DNA of 64,000 nucleotides from Candidatus Krumholzibacteriia bacterium. GTDB taxonomy: Bacteria; Krumholzibacteriota; Krumholzibacteriia; LZORAL124-64-63. Positions 19,271 through 29,265 of this stretch are shown piece after piece. The stretch spans positions 64,001-128,000 of the forward strand of contig JAWOID010000018.1 of the NCBI GenBank assembly GCA_046484865.1. Direction: 5' to 3'. A program made the translations under genes and the position numbers. The notes beneath the pieces were generated by a model. The model was not told the origin of the DNA. It searched no databases and saw nothing but the letters and a program-made list of their open reading frames with translations. Positions within the stretch are counted from its first letter, which is position 1. Every line of letters starts with the position of its first letter.

Positions 19271-20448
19271 GCCTCCACCGCCTTTCGCAGGGCCAGCCCC
19301 ACGCCGACCGCGAGCATGGGACTCAGCTCGGCGGGATCCTGTTCACCGAACAGCTCCGGGTCGAACTCGAGGACGGCCAGCGGATCTGCGAACTCGCTGG
19401 GGACGCTGTAGCAGTCCGCCAGGTACTCGCGCAGGCCCGGGAGCTTGGCGCCGCCACCGCTGAGCACGATGCGATCGATCCCCTCCGCCTCGCCCGACGT
19501 CTTGAGATACGACAGGGACGGTTCCAGTCCCTGGAAGATCTCCGCGCCGACGCTGCGGACGATGTCCTGCACCAGCTGGGCGTCCACGTCGCGCGTGTTC
19601 CCGCGCGCCACCGTCTGGGCGGTCTCGTAGCTGAGGCCGAGCTGCTTCTGGAATTCCTCGACGAAGTGGCTCGTGCCCACCGGCAGGTCGCGGGTGAAGT
19701 ACGGCACGCCGTCGCGCACGATGTGCACGTTGGTCACGCCGCCGCCGACGTCCAGCAGGGCCACGAACTCGCCGTGGTTGGGCGACCCGCTCCCGTCGTC
19801 GCCGGCGTCGGCGTCGTCCAGGTCGGCGTCCAGCCCGTCTTCGGCCAGCTCGTCGCCCAGGTCGGGCGCCTCGAGCATCGGGCCGATCGGCGCCACGGCG
19901 CCCGCGACGAGCTGCTCCCAGGCGTTCTGGTTGGCGAAGGACGCCACGTCGATGACCAGCGGCTGGAAGCCGGCATCGCGGATCAGTTCCGCGTGGCCCA
20001 GCACCATGTCCTTCTTGGCCGCCACCAGCAGGAGTTCCATCTGTCCCGCGCCGATGTCGCCCTTGAGGATCTGGAAATCGATGCTGATGTCGTCGATGTC
20101 GAAGGGGACGTGCTGCTCGGCCTCCCAGTAGATGGCCTCGCGGGCGTCCTCCTCGCTCATCCTGTCCATCACGATCTTCTTGACGATCACGGCGCGTCCG
20201 GAGACCGCGCTGGCCACCGGCTCCTCCGGCAGACCCGCCCGGTCGGCGCACTGCCTGATGGCCTGGATCACGAGCTCGCGATCCATGATCTCGCCGTCCA
20301 CGATGGCCTCGGGCGGCATGTCCACCATGGCGAAGTGCGTGATCCGGGGCTGCTCCCCCGTGGTGTCCAGGCGGATGCACTTCACCACGCTCGACCCGAT
20401 GTCGAGGCCGATGAGGCTCTTCCGCTTGGGCTTGAGGAATCCGAACAT
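19267..20448 (-). CDS. pilM: Type IVa pilus assembly protein PilM
   Basis: IGLDIGSS, EAEQHVPF, LLVAAKK, LDVGG, LSGGGA and AVGVGLALR motifs; ATG at 20448 with GGAGG RBS. Confidence 0.94.
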   Translation of the reverse strand: MFGFLKPKRKSLIGLDIGSSVVKCIRLDTTGEQPRITHFAMVDMPPEAIVDGEIMDRELVIQAIRQCADRAGLPEEPVASAVSGRAVIVKKIVMDRMSEEDAREAIYWEAEQHVPFDIDDISIDFQILKGDIGAGQMELLLVAAKKDMVLGHAELIRDAGFQPLVIDVASFANQNAWEQLVAGAVAPIGPMLEAPDLGDELAEDGLDADLDDADAGDDGSGSPNHGEFVALLDVGGGVTNVHIVRDGVPYFTRDLPVGTSHFVEEFQKQLGLSYETAQTVARGNTRDVDAQLVQDIVRSVGAEIFQGLEPSLSYLKTSGEAEGIDRIVLSGGGAKLPGLREYLADCYSVPSEFADPLAVLEFDPELFGEQDPAELSPMLAVGVGLALRKAVEA

Positions 20449-20536
20449 GGTGAACCGCCTCCGCCGTTTCGGTCCTGCCGTGCGTGCTCCCGGCTCGCCG
20501 CTGCCTCGGCCGCGACGCGCCGGTGGAACTCCGCGG

Positions 20537-20551
20537 GCAACATGCATGCCA
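20537..20551 (-). promoter_or_regulatory. Sigma54 -24/-12 promoter for pilMNOPQ
   Basis: Minus strand TGGCATGCATGTTGC (GG-N10-GC), about 90 nt upstream of pilM. Confidence 0.7.
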
Positions 20552-20852
20552 CTGAGAGCATCGGCCGCCGATGCGGTCGCTTGAGCCTCGACATGGCCCC
20601 TGGCGGCGATTATCGGGGGGTCTGGGGAAACGGACCGCGCCTGCTGTCCACCATACCGTGCGATCCGCAACGCGAAGCCCTCCCGGCGCCGTTCAGGACG
20701 CAGCGCACGTGGGCGATTTCTGCCTACGGGGGCGGTGGAAAGGTCCAGGCGGCCGCGCCCGGGGCGCGGTCCAGCGAGGATGGCTGAGTTCGTGGTTGCC
20801 CCTGCCACCCGGATTGCGTGACCGGGGCCGGAAACATCCTTCGTGGAATCAC

Positions 20853-21644
20853 TCAACCGGTCTGCAGGAGGCCCGCATACCAGCGGAAGAGCGGCTCTCC
20901 CGCCATCAGCACCAGGACGGCGGCCGCCGCCAGGAAGGTGCCGAACGGCAATCGTGCAGTGCCGTCGAGCCGGCCGCGCTGGAGGACCAGGACGTAGACG
21001 GTGCCCAGGAGAGAGCCGCCGAACAGGACCGCGACGGCTCCCCAGGGACCGACGAAGGCTCCGATCATGCCCATCAGCATCACGTCGCCGAAGCCCATCC
21101 CCACCACGCCGCGGACTGCCCGGTAGCCGTACGCCAGCGCGAGCACGATGCCCGCGCCCACGGCCGCTCCCAGCACCGCGTCCATCAGTGTCCGTCCGTC
21201 CGCCAGCGTCGCAGCCAGCGCGACGGCCAGCCCGGACAGCGTGACGGTGTGCGGGATGATCATGTGCTGCCAGTCGACCACCGCCACCACGAGCAGCAGC
21301 AGCAGGAACACTCCGGCGGCAAGGCCGGTCGGGTTGGCGCCGAAGCGCACGAGCCCCGCGGCCAGACAGAGCGCGCCGGCCGCCTCCACGGCGGGATAGC
21401 GCCAGGAGATGGCGGCATGGCACTGCCGGCAGCGGCCCCGGAGCAGCAGCCAGCTCAGCACCGGAACGTTGTCGTGCCAGGCGACCTGGGCTCGGCAGGC
21501 AGGACAGAAGGACCGAGGGCCCATCACGCTGAGGTTCCGGGGCAGACGATAGATGAGCACGTTCGCGAAGCTGCCGAGACAGGCGCCCATCAGGGCGGCG
21601 GCCGCCAGGATCAGCGGCAGCGGCAGCAGCGAGGCAGAGGACAT
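20853..21644 (-). CDS. pilD: Prepilin peptidase / N-methyltransferase
   Basis: GSFANVLIYRLP, CPAC...CRQC, VVDW..IIP and MGFGD motifs; TGATG overlap with the upstream gene. Confidence 0.94.
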   Translation of the reverse strand: MSSASLLPLPLILAAAALMGACLGSFANVLIYRLPRNLSVMGPRSFCPACRAQVAWHDNVPVLSWLLLRGRCRQCHAAISWRYPAVEAAGALCLAAGLVRFGANPTGLAAGVFLLLLLVVAVVDWQHMIIPHTVTLSGLAVALAATLADGRTLMDAVLGAAVGAGIVLALAYGYRAVRGVVGMGFGDVMLMGMIGAFVGPWGAVAVLFGGSLLGTVYVLVLQRGRLDGTARLPFGTFLAAAAVLVLMAGEPLFRWYAGLLQTG

Positions 21645-22366
21645 CACGGGGCGGCCTCCGGATCGGCGAGGGTTGCCGCTGCGGGCGGCGAAGCGGCGGG
21701 GCCGGCGCTCAGCTCGGCCTCGATCTTGGCGACGTGCTCCTCGGCCAGCGTCCGCAACTCGGGGCTCGCGGATGTCGCGGCCAGGTGGCGCCACAGCGCC
21801 AGAGATCCGTTCAGGTCGCCCGACTGGCGCCGGGCGTACGCGGCGAACCGCTGGTGGAACTCGCTGGCCTCGGGAGCCGCCGCCGCGGCGTCGAACCAGA
21901 CCCGGGCGCGAGGCGTGTTCTTCTCGAAGACATAGTACAGGAAACCGGCATGGAAGGGCAGGCTCGCCGCCGACGGATTGTGCAGGATGCCGGCGCGCAG
22001 CACCGCCACCGCCCGGGGGATATCGCCCAGGTCGAGGCAGGCCACCAGCGACGAGAAGTAGTAGGCCTCGACGAACCGCGGATCCAGGCGGGTCACCGCA
22101 TCGACCAGGAGGTCGAAGTAGCGCATATCGTGCTCGCCCTTGCGATACCCACCATAGTACTGGACCAGCTCGAACCAGAGGTAGTCGGCCGCCATCTCGC
22201 GGAAGCCGCAGGCCGCCTCGCGCAGGAAGCGGCCGCTGGGGAAGTACAGCCGCTCGTCGCGCCCGGCGCGGTCGAGTTCCTGGTCGTAGGCCTGCAGCGC
22301 TCCCACGCAGACGAGCGCGAGGGCGATCGTCAGCGCGGCCGGGCCGACGCGTCCCCCCGCTCTCAT
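21644..22366 (-). CDS. Pilus-associated membrane-anchored TPR-like protein (PilG/Xap-like)
   Basis: N-terminal TM, ADYLWFELVQYYG, LDPRFVEAY and TPR-like helices; ATGA overlap with the permease gene. Confidence 0.6.
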   Translation of the reverse strand: MRAGGRVGPAALTIALALVCVGALQAYDQELDRAGRDERLYFPSGRFLREAACGFREMAADYLWFELVQYYGGYRKGEHDMRYFDLLVDAVTRLDPRFVEAYYFSSLVACLDLGDIPRAVAVLRAGILHNPSAASLPFHAGFLYYVFEKNTPRARVWFDAAAAAPEASEFHQRFAAYARRQSGDLNGSLALWRHLAATSASPELRTLAEEHVAKIEAELSAGPAASPPAAATLADPEAAP

Positions 22367-23172
22367 CGCAGCTCCTTGCGCGCAAAGACCGCACCCGCCG
22401 CCACCAGGAGCAGCGCCGTGTAGGCGAGTCCGTAGACCGTGGCGATCAGCAGGTGCTCGCCCGAGACGGTGTCGCCGTGCACCACGGCCCCCCGCACGTT
22501 GAACATCTCCAGGTTCGGCAGCACGTGGTAGACGATTTCGCCCACCCGGGCGTAGGCCTCGCTCCCGACCGCCTGGCCGAAGCTGCGCAGCGATTCGCTC
22601 ATGTGACCCATCGCGTAGAAGCCGAGAGCGAGCACGGCCGCCAGCGCCGGCGACATCAGCGCGGAGAACAGGGACACCGCCGCGTTGACGAGCATCAGTT
22701 CCAGGAAGGCGAGGTAGATGGCCGGCAGGTAACGAGCCGTCACGCCGCCGGGGGTCAGCAGCAGGACCAGGAAGAAGAGCGCCCCCATGATGCCCATCAT
22801 GCAGAGCAGCGTGAGGTTCAGGCCGCAGAACTTGCCCAGCAGGTACGTGCGGCGGGCGAGCGGCTTGGCGAGGATGGTGGTGATGGTGCGCCGGTCGATC
22901 TCCTTGCGCACCATGTTGCTGCCGACGAGGATCGCCACCAGCAGGCCGAACAGCGACATCGCGCCCAGCCCCACGTCGCTGACGATCTTGTCCTGGGCGC
23001 CGATGGTCAGCGGCGAGATCACGACGCTGCTGGCGACCAGCACGAACCCGAAGGCCCCCACCAGGTAGAAGATCCGGTCGCGGACAGTCTCGCGGTAGGT
23101 GTTCACGGCGACGGCGAACACGTGGGATGCCACCGGGCCCAGCGGCAAGCGCGTCGGTGTGCGGAACTCCAT
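22363..23172 (-). CDS. ABC-2 type permease (PilI-like)
   Basis: NTYRETVRDR, EIDRRTITTILAKP..R..YLLGK and LPNL motifs; several TMs. Confidence 0.85.
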   Translation of the reverse strand: MEFRTPTRLPLGPVASHVFAVAVNTYRETVRDRIFYLVGAFGFVLVASSVVISPLTIGAQDKIVSDVGLGAMSLFGLLVAILVGSNMVRKEIDRRTITTILAKPLARRTYLLGKFCGLNLTLLCMMGIMGALFFLVLLLTPGGVTARYLPAIYLAFLELMLVNAAVSLFSALMSPALAAVLALGFYAMGHMSESLRSFGQAVGSEAYARVGEIVYHVLPNLEMFNVRGAVVHGDTVSGEHLLIATVYGLAYTALLLVAAGAVFARKELR

Positions 23173-24197
23173 CAGACCTCACCTTCCTCGTCGTGCATGG
23201 CTGCCAGGAAGAGCGCCTCGAGGTCGGATCGGCGCGCCCGGACGTCGAGCACGTCGATCTCCTGCGCCGAGCACAGGTCCAGCAGACGGGCGAGCGACGG
23301 CGCGTCCGGGGCTGCCAGCTCGGCCGCGGCGCAAGTCGCCTCCACCCGCGCCGCACCGGGCGCCGGCCGGCAGGCGGTCAGAACGGGTTCGGCAGCCGGG
23401 CCGCCCGGGAGTCGCGCGACGCGGACCAGGTATCCGCGACCCTCGCGGCGGTCGAGGCGGTGGCGTCCCACCAGCAGTCCGTTCTTCAGGAAGAGCGCCT
23501 CGTCGGCTAGCGCCTCGACGTCGGGCACGATGTGCGAGGACAGCAGGATGGTGGCGCCGCGATCCCGCTCGGCGCAGAGCAGCTCGCGCGCTTCTCGCCT
23601 GCCGATCGGGTCGAGCCCGGACATGGGCTCGTCGAGCACCAGCAGGTCGGGCCGGCCCAGCAGCGCCTGCGCCAGCCCGAGCCTTTGGAGCATGCCCTTC
23701 GAGCACTTGCGCACGGGGCGGTCGGCGCGGTCGGCCAGCCCCACCCGCGCGAGCAGTTCCTCCACCTGCCGGCGCCGTTCCGCCGCAGGCAGGTCGAGCA
23801 GACGGCCGTAGAAATGGAGCAGTTCGCGGCCGGTGAGGTGCTCGTAGAAGTAGGGCTGTTCGGGCAGGAAGCCGAGTCGCCGGCGCGCCACCGGCCGCGC
23901 GTGCGGTTCACCGAAGATGGTGATCTCGCCGGCGTCCGGCCAGGCGAGCCCGAGCACGCAGCCGATGGTGGTCGTCTTCCCGGCACCGTTGGGACCGAGC
24001 AGCGCCACCACCTGTCCGCGCGGAACGGTGAACGAGACGCCGCGCACGACGGTGGTGCGACGCCGCCAGAAGCCGTGCAGATAGGCTTTCTCGAGTCCGA
24101 GCACGCGCAGCGCGTCCTCCGTGGCCGGCCGCGAGGGCGGCCGCGGCAAGATGCTCTCCGCCACCGGCGGATTTGCGACCAGCTGTTCGTGTGGCAT
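23172..24197 (-). CDS. ABC transporter ATP-binding protein (PilH-like)
   Basis: Walker A GPNGAGKTT, signature CSKGM, Walker B LLVLDEP, H-loop SSH. Confidence 0.9.
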   Translation of the reverse strand: MPHEQLVANPPVAESILPRPPSRPATEDALRVLGLEKAYLHGFWRRRTTVVRGVSFTVPRGQVVALLGPNGAGKTTTIGCVLGLAWPDAGEITIFGEPHARPVARRRLGFLPEQPYFYEHLTGRELLHFYGRLLDLPAAERRRQVEELLARVGLADRADRPVRKCSKGMLQRLGLAQALLGRPDLLVLDEPMSGLDPIGRREARELLCAERDRGATILLSSHIVPDVEALADEALFLKNGLLVGRHRLDRREGRGYLVRVARLPGGPAAEPVLTACRPAPGAARVEATCAAAELAAPDAPSLARLLDLCSAQEIDVLDVRARRSDLEALFLAAMHDEEGEV

Positions 24198-24281
24198 GTC
24201 TGCTCCTCGGCCGGTGAACGGTCCCGTTGGCGCCGGGAAACCTGCGCGGCCCACCGGCCGCCGTCCCGACCGGAACCGAAA

Positions 24282-24297
24282 TGCAACGGCGGTGCCA
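24282..24297 (-). promoter_or_regulatory. Sigma54 -24/-12 promoter for the ABC/TPR/pilD unit
   Basis: Minus strand TGGCACCGCCGTTGCA in the intergenic gap. Confidence 0.75.
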
Positions 24298-24327
24298 GGA
24301 CGCCGGGAGCGAGCCGGATTGCGGTGA

Positions 24328-24738
24328 TCAGCGCCGAGGCGCCGACCCGGTCAGGACCAGCAAGGGGCGCGGACCGGCATTGCCGGGGGCGTAGGCGGTA
24401 ATCCGGTAATCGAGACCCGGCCGCGTCCAGGCGTACGCGAGGTCGCCGGGCGATCCATCGAAGATCGACAGCGCACCCGTGTAGGGGTTCCGCGGGGAGC
24501 GGCCCTCGGGCAACAGTGCAACGAGATCCACCGGGTCCGTGGGATAGACCCCGCCGTACCGGGCAGCATGGACCTCCGCAGCGAGCTGGAGGGTGCGGGC
24601 GTTGCGGCAGACGGCTGCTTCACGGGTGTGGGCGCGGACCGAGCCGAGCGAACACCAGCCCGCGACCAGGAGCAGGACTGCGAGCGCGCCGGCCAGCAGG
24701 AGTTCCGCCCGACGAACTGGACGCCAGTGCCGGTCCAC
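24328..24738 (-). CDS. Pilin-like protein with degenerate prepilin cleavage site
   Basis: Hydrophobic helix followed by NARTLQLAAE...PRNPYTG...PGDLAY...Y.ITAY, homologous to the two neighbouring pilins; no G/F-x-x-x-E site. Confidence 0.7.
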   Translation of the reverse strand: MDRHWRPVRRAELLLAGALAVLLLVAGWCSLGSVRAHTREAAVCRNARTLQLAAEVHAARYGGVYPTDPVDLVALLPEGRSPRNPYTGALSIFDGSPGDLAYAWTRPGLDYRITAYAPGNAGPRPLLVLTGSAPRR

Positions 24739-24739
24739 G

Positions 24740-25285
24740 TCAGCCCCCCCGGCCGTTGCTGAGGGTGATGACCACGCCGTTGCTCCCCGGCCCCGAGTCG
24801 CGAGCAGCGCCGTATCCCTCGATGACGTAGATCTGCCGGGCCGATCCGTAGCCGACGTCGCCGCGGCTGTAGGCCGCGAGAGGTCCCAGGACCAGCGGTG
24901 CCCGGGTGAACGGGTTGTCGGGGAAGACCCCGCGCGCGAAGAGCGACGGGCCGATGTCCTCGGCTCCGGGAGCGCTGCCGTCGTTGGCCGCGACCCAGAG
25001 CTCGACCGCGATCTGGACGTTGTGCACGTTCGCTTTCACGCCCGCTTCCTTCGCGCGTTCGAGGACCCGGACGAAGTTCGGCAGGGACATGGCGAACAGG
25101 GTGCCCAGGATGACGACGACCACGGCGACCTCCACCAGGCCGAAACCAGCCCGGCGGGTCCCCGGTCCGCGCCGCCCGACCCGCGCTCCGGCGATCCGCC
25201 GCCGCGGGGTCGACGCCGCCGGCACAGGCGCGGACGGCGCTCCCCCGCGAGGGGCGAGCGCCGTCCGGTTCGTCGCCGGAATCAC
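24740..25285 (-). CDS. Type IV pilin paralog (minor pilin-like)
   Basis: RRAG/FGLVEVAVVVVILG class III signal; shares RAKEA.VKAN.H..Q.AVE and FPDNPFT with pilA; start uncertain. Confidence 0.8.
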   Translation of the reverse strand: MIPATNRTALAPRGGAPSAPVPAASTPRRRIAGARVGRRGPGTRRAGFGLVEVAVVVVILGTLFAMSLPNFVRVLERAKEAGVKANVHNVQIAVELWVAANDGSAPGAEDIGPSLFARGVFPDNPFTRAPLVLGPLAAYSRGDVGYGSARQIYVIEGYGAARDSGPGSNGVVITLSNGRGG

Positions 25286-25296
25286 GTGACGAAGGA

Positions 25297-25707
25297 TCAG
25301 CCGTTGCTGAGCGAGATCACGATGCCGGTCCCGTCCGGCCCGCTCGTGGCCTCGTAGCCATAGCCCTCGATCGTGTACACGAGACCCGCCAGCAGGTAGC
25401 CCAGGTCGCCCTGGCTGTAGCCGGGGGCCGCGATCGCGATCGGAAGACCGGTGAACGGGTTGTCCGGGAACACGGTACCCGGGAACATGGTGGCATTGAT
25501 GTCTCCGATGGCCGGCAGCGTGCCGTCGTGCACCACGGAGTAGTCCTCCACCGCGAGCTGCAGGGAGTGCGCGTTGGCCTTCACGGAGGCCTCCTTCGCG
25601 CGGCTCTGCATCTGGATGAAGTTCGGGATGGCGATGGCGGCCAGGATACCGATGATCACCACGACGATCATCAGCTCGATCAACGTGAAGCCCTTGCGAT
25701 TGATCAC
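25297..25707 (-). CDS. pilA: Major type IVa pilin
   Basis: RKG/FTLIELMIVVVIIGILAAIAIPNF; GTG start with strong AAGGAGGAG RBS; directly after pilR, with its own sigma54 promoter. Confidence 0.92.
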   Translation of the reverse strand: MINRKGFTLIELMIVVVIIGILAAIAIPNFIQMQSRAKEASVKANAHSLQLAVEDYSVVHDGTLPAIGDINATMFPGTVFPDNPFTGLPIAIAAPGYSQGDLGYLLAGLVYTIEGYGYEATSGPDGTGIVISLSNG

Positions 25708-25790
25708 GACTCTCCTCCTTGCTCCGGTCGCTGCTCTGCCGTCCGGGACCCCGACGGGCCCGGCTGCCTGTTGGCGGCGTCGCTGTCGGT

Positions 25791-25806
25791 TGCAACGGAT
25801 GTGCCA
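25791..25806 (-). promoter_or_regulatory. Sigma54 -24/-12 promoter for pilA
   Basis: Minus strand TGGCACATCCGTTGCA, a near-perfect consensus. Confidence 0.85.
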
Positions 25807-25903
25807 TACCCGCGCTTCCTCCCTCTTCTCCCCCGGCCCGTTGCAAACATTGAATTTGAGGCCGGTTCGCGGTCTTCCGGCCGGCCGCCGCCCGACCGTC
25901 CGG

Positions 25904-25920
25904 ACGTGCAGGATGCACGT
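25904..25920. promoter_or_regulatory. Candidate enhancer (PilR upstream activating sequence)
   Basis: Perfect inverted repeat ACGTGCA-GGA-TGCACGT about 100 bp upstream of the pilA sigma54 site. Confidence 0.45.
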
Positions 25921-25995
25921 GGACCGGGAAATGTGCACCGGTCTGCCCGGCAAGAGCCGTCCGGCCGGGGAACCCGCCGGCCGGTCCTGGAACCC

Positions 25996-27468
<1,473 letters not shown>

Positions 27469-27541
27469 GGCGTCGCTCCTTCGCTGCTGCTTCGTCTCGC
27501 TGGGGTTCTGCGGAATCACGTTCGTCTCCTTCGGGCGCGCC

Positions 27542-29263
27542 TCACACGGCCGCGGTCTCGCGCGGTCGGACGCCCGCTTCCGTGCCGGCCGTGGCGACCG
27601 GCGCCGCCAGCGGGTCTTCCTCGGGGCGCGGCAGCCGCACCACGAACAGTGCACCGCCCTCGGGCGGGTTCTCGGCCTCCACGGTGCCCCCGTGGGCGTG
27701 GGCGATCCGGGCCACCATGGGCAGCCCCAGTCCCGTGCCGTCCTTCTTGGTGGTCATGAACGGATCGAAGATCCGCTCGGCGACGTCCGCGTCGATCCCC
27801 GGTCCCCCGTCGGAGACCCGGATCTCGCAGCTCTCGCCGGCGGCGCCGAGCACCTCGATGCGCAGGCGTCCGCGGTACCCCATGGCCTCGCAGGCATTGA
27901 GCGCCAGGTTGAGGAGCAACTGCACCATCAGCTCCGGATCCATGGGGAACGCCAGGTCGCCGGGTTCCACCGCGCAGCTCAGCTCGACCGCGCCGCCGTG
28001 TGCGCTCACGTCCTGCCGCACCTGCAGCGCCACCTCGTCCAGGAACTCCGCGCAATCGACGACCCGCCGGCTGGGCGGACGCAGCCGCGCGAACTGGAGG
28101 AAGTGGTTGATGATCATGTTGACCCGCGCGCTCTCCTTGAGGATGAGATCGAGGAGTTGCGCCTGGTTGCCCTCGAGCTTCAGCTCCGACGCGAGGATCT
28201 CGACGCTCCCGCGGATGCTGCCCAGCGGATTGCGGATCTCGTGGGCGATGCTCGCCGCCAGCTCGCCGACGCCCGCCAGACGGTCGGCCTTGCGCAGGTG
28301 CTCGCGCATGCGCTGCACCTCGGTGAGGTCGGTGAAGATCGCGACGGCACCGCAGATCTCGCCGTCTCCGTCCTCCAGGTAGTTCACCGTCACGCCCAGG
28401 GGAACCTGCCGGTCGCCGCGCTGAAGCGGCAGTTCGGCCCGCCGCAGGGGCGGCCCGGCGGCCGCCACGTCGAGGATGCCGGCGGCCAGCGCCTCGCCGC
28501 CCGGGCCGAGCGCCGGTTGCAGGAGCTGGCCGAGCACCTCGTCCGCCCGCACCTGCAGGAGCCGGCAGGCCGCCGGGTTGATGCGGGTGACGCGACCCGA
28601 CAGGTCCACCGTCACCAGCCCGCTGCTGAGGTTGTCGAGGATGCTGCGCACCTCGGTCCGCGTGCGCGCCACCTGATGCGCTGCGTGCTCCTGCAGGCGC
28701 CGGCGCTGGGAGCTGCGGCTGGCCAGCTCGCCGCCCACCATGCCGACCACCAGGAACAGCCCCACGTGCAGGAAGGTCACGAGCAGCTCGGTGCCGCCGG
28801 TGTAGGCCAGCCCGCTGGCCGTGCCGGAGAGCCAGCCGCCGAGCGCCAGGCCCGCGTGGCCACCGCCGGTGAGGACCGCCGCCAGCCCCGCCACCATCAG
28901 GGCGGCACGCGGGCCGAGGAACGACGCGGCCAGCACGATGATCAGGCAGTGGAGAGCGGGGAACGCGCTGTGCGGTCCGCCGCTGAGATGCACCAGCAGC
29001 CCGACCGCGATCGTGTCCACGGCCAGTTGCGCGCCGAGCAGCGGTCGTTCCGGCACGCCTGCCCGGCCCAGGTGCCAGGCAACTCCGAGACTCGCGTACA
29101 GCGCCAGCAGCGTGAGAACCAGACCCCGATCGAGAACCGGGCCGCCCGCCAGCACGCTCGCCAGCGTGCCGGCTCCGGTGAGGAAGATCGCGAGCATGAC
29201 CCGCCACAGGAGCAGATGCCCCAGTCGGTCCCGCTCGGCGCGATTGCGGACGGCCGCGGCCAT
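27542..29263 (-). CDS. pilS: Sensor histidine kinase (PilS family)
   Basis: N-terminal TMs, PAS domain, H-box AHEIRNPL, NACEA, DGGPGI and GTGLGL. Confidence 0.88.
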   Translation of the reverse strand: MAAAVRNRAERDRLGHLLLWRVMLAIFLTGAGTLASVLAGGPVLDRGLVLTLLALYASLGVAWHLGRAGVPERPLLGAQLAVDTIAVGLLVHLSGGPHSAFPALHCLIIVLAASFLGPRAALMVAGLAAVLTGGGHAGLALGGWLSGTASGLAYTGGTELLVTFLHVGLFLVVGMVGGELASRSSQRRRLQEHAAHQVARTRTEVRSILDNLSSGLVTVDLSGRVTRINPAACRLLQVRADEVLGQLLQPALGPGGEALAAGILDVAAAGPPLRRAELPLQRGDRQVPLGVTVNYLEDGDGEICGAVAIFTDLTEVQRMREHLRKADRLAGVGELAASIAHEIRNPLGSIRGSVEILASELKLEGNQAQLLDLILKESARVNMIINHFLQFARLRPPSRRVVDCAEFLDEVALQVRQDVSAHGGAVELSCAVEPGDLAFPMDPELMVQLLLNLALNACEAMGYRGRLRIEVLGAAGESCEIRVSDGGPGIDADVAERIFDPFMTTKKDGTGLGLPMVARIAHAHGGTVEAENPPEGGALFVVRLPRPEEDPLAAPVATAGTEAGVRPRETAAV

Positions 29264-29265
29264 CT

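Noticed and set aside
20780..20825. c-di-GMP-I riboswitch-like words (GGTCACGCA...GGGCAACCA) on the minus strand between pilD and pilM
   Set aside because: The GNRA loop/receptor and GCAAA junction of the aptamer are not evident, and the site lies upstream of the predicted promoter. An Rfam scan would settle it.
20809..24327. Repeated CCGGATTGCG near the 3' ends of pilD and the third pilin
   Set aside because: A short GC-rich word that also occurs near 7496; consistent with chance.
25297..25707. PilA as a Geobacter-type conductive e-pilin
   Set aside because: The N-terminus is generic T4a pilin. The protein is full length and lacks the Tyr27/Tyr32-type aromatic pattern.
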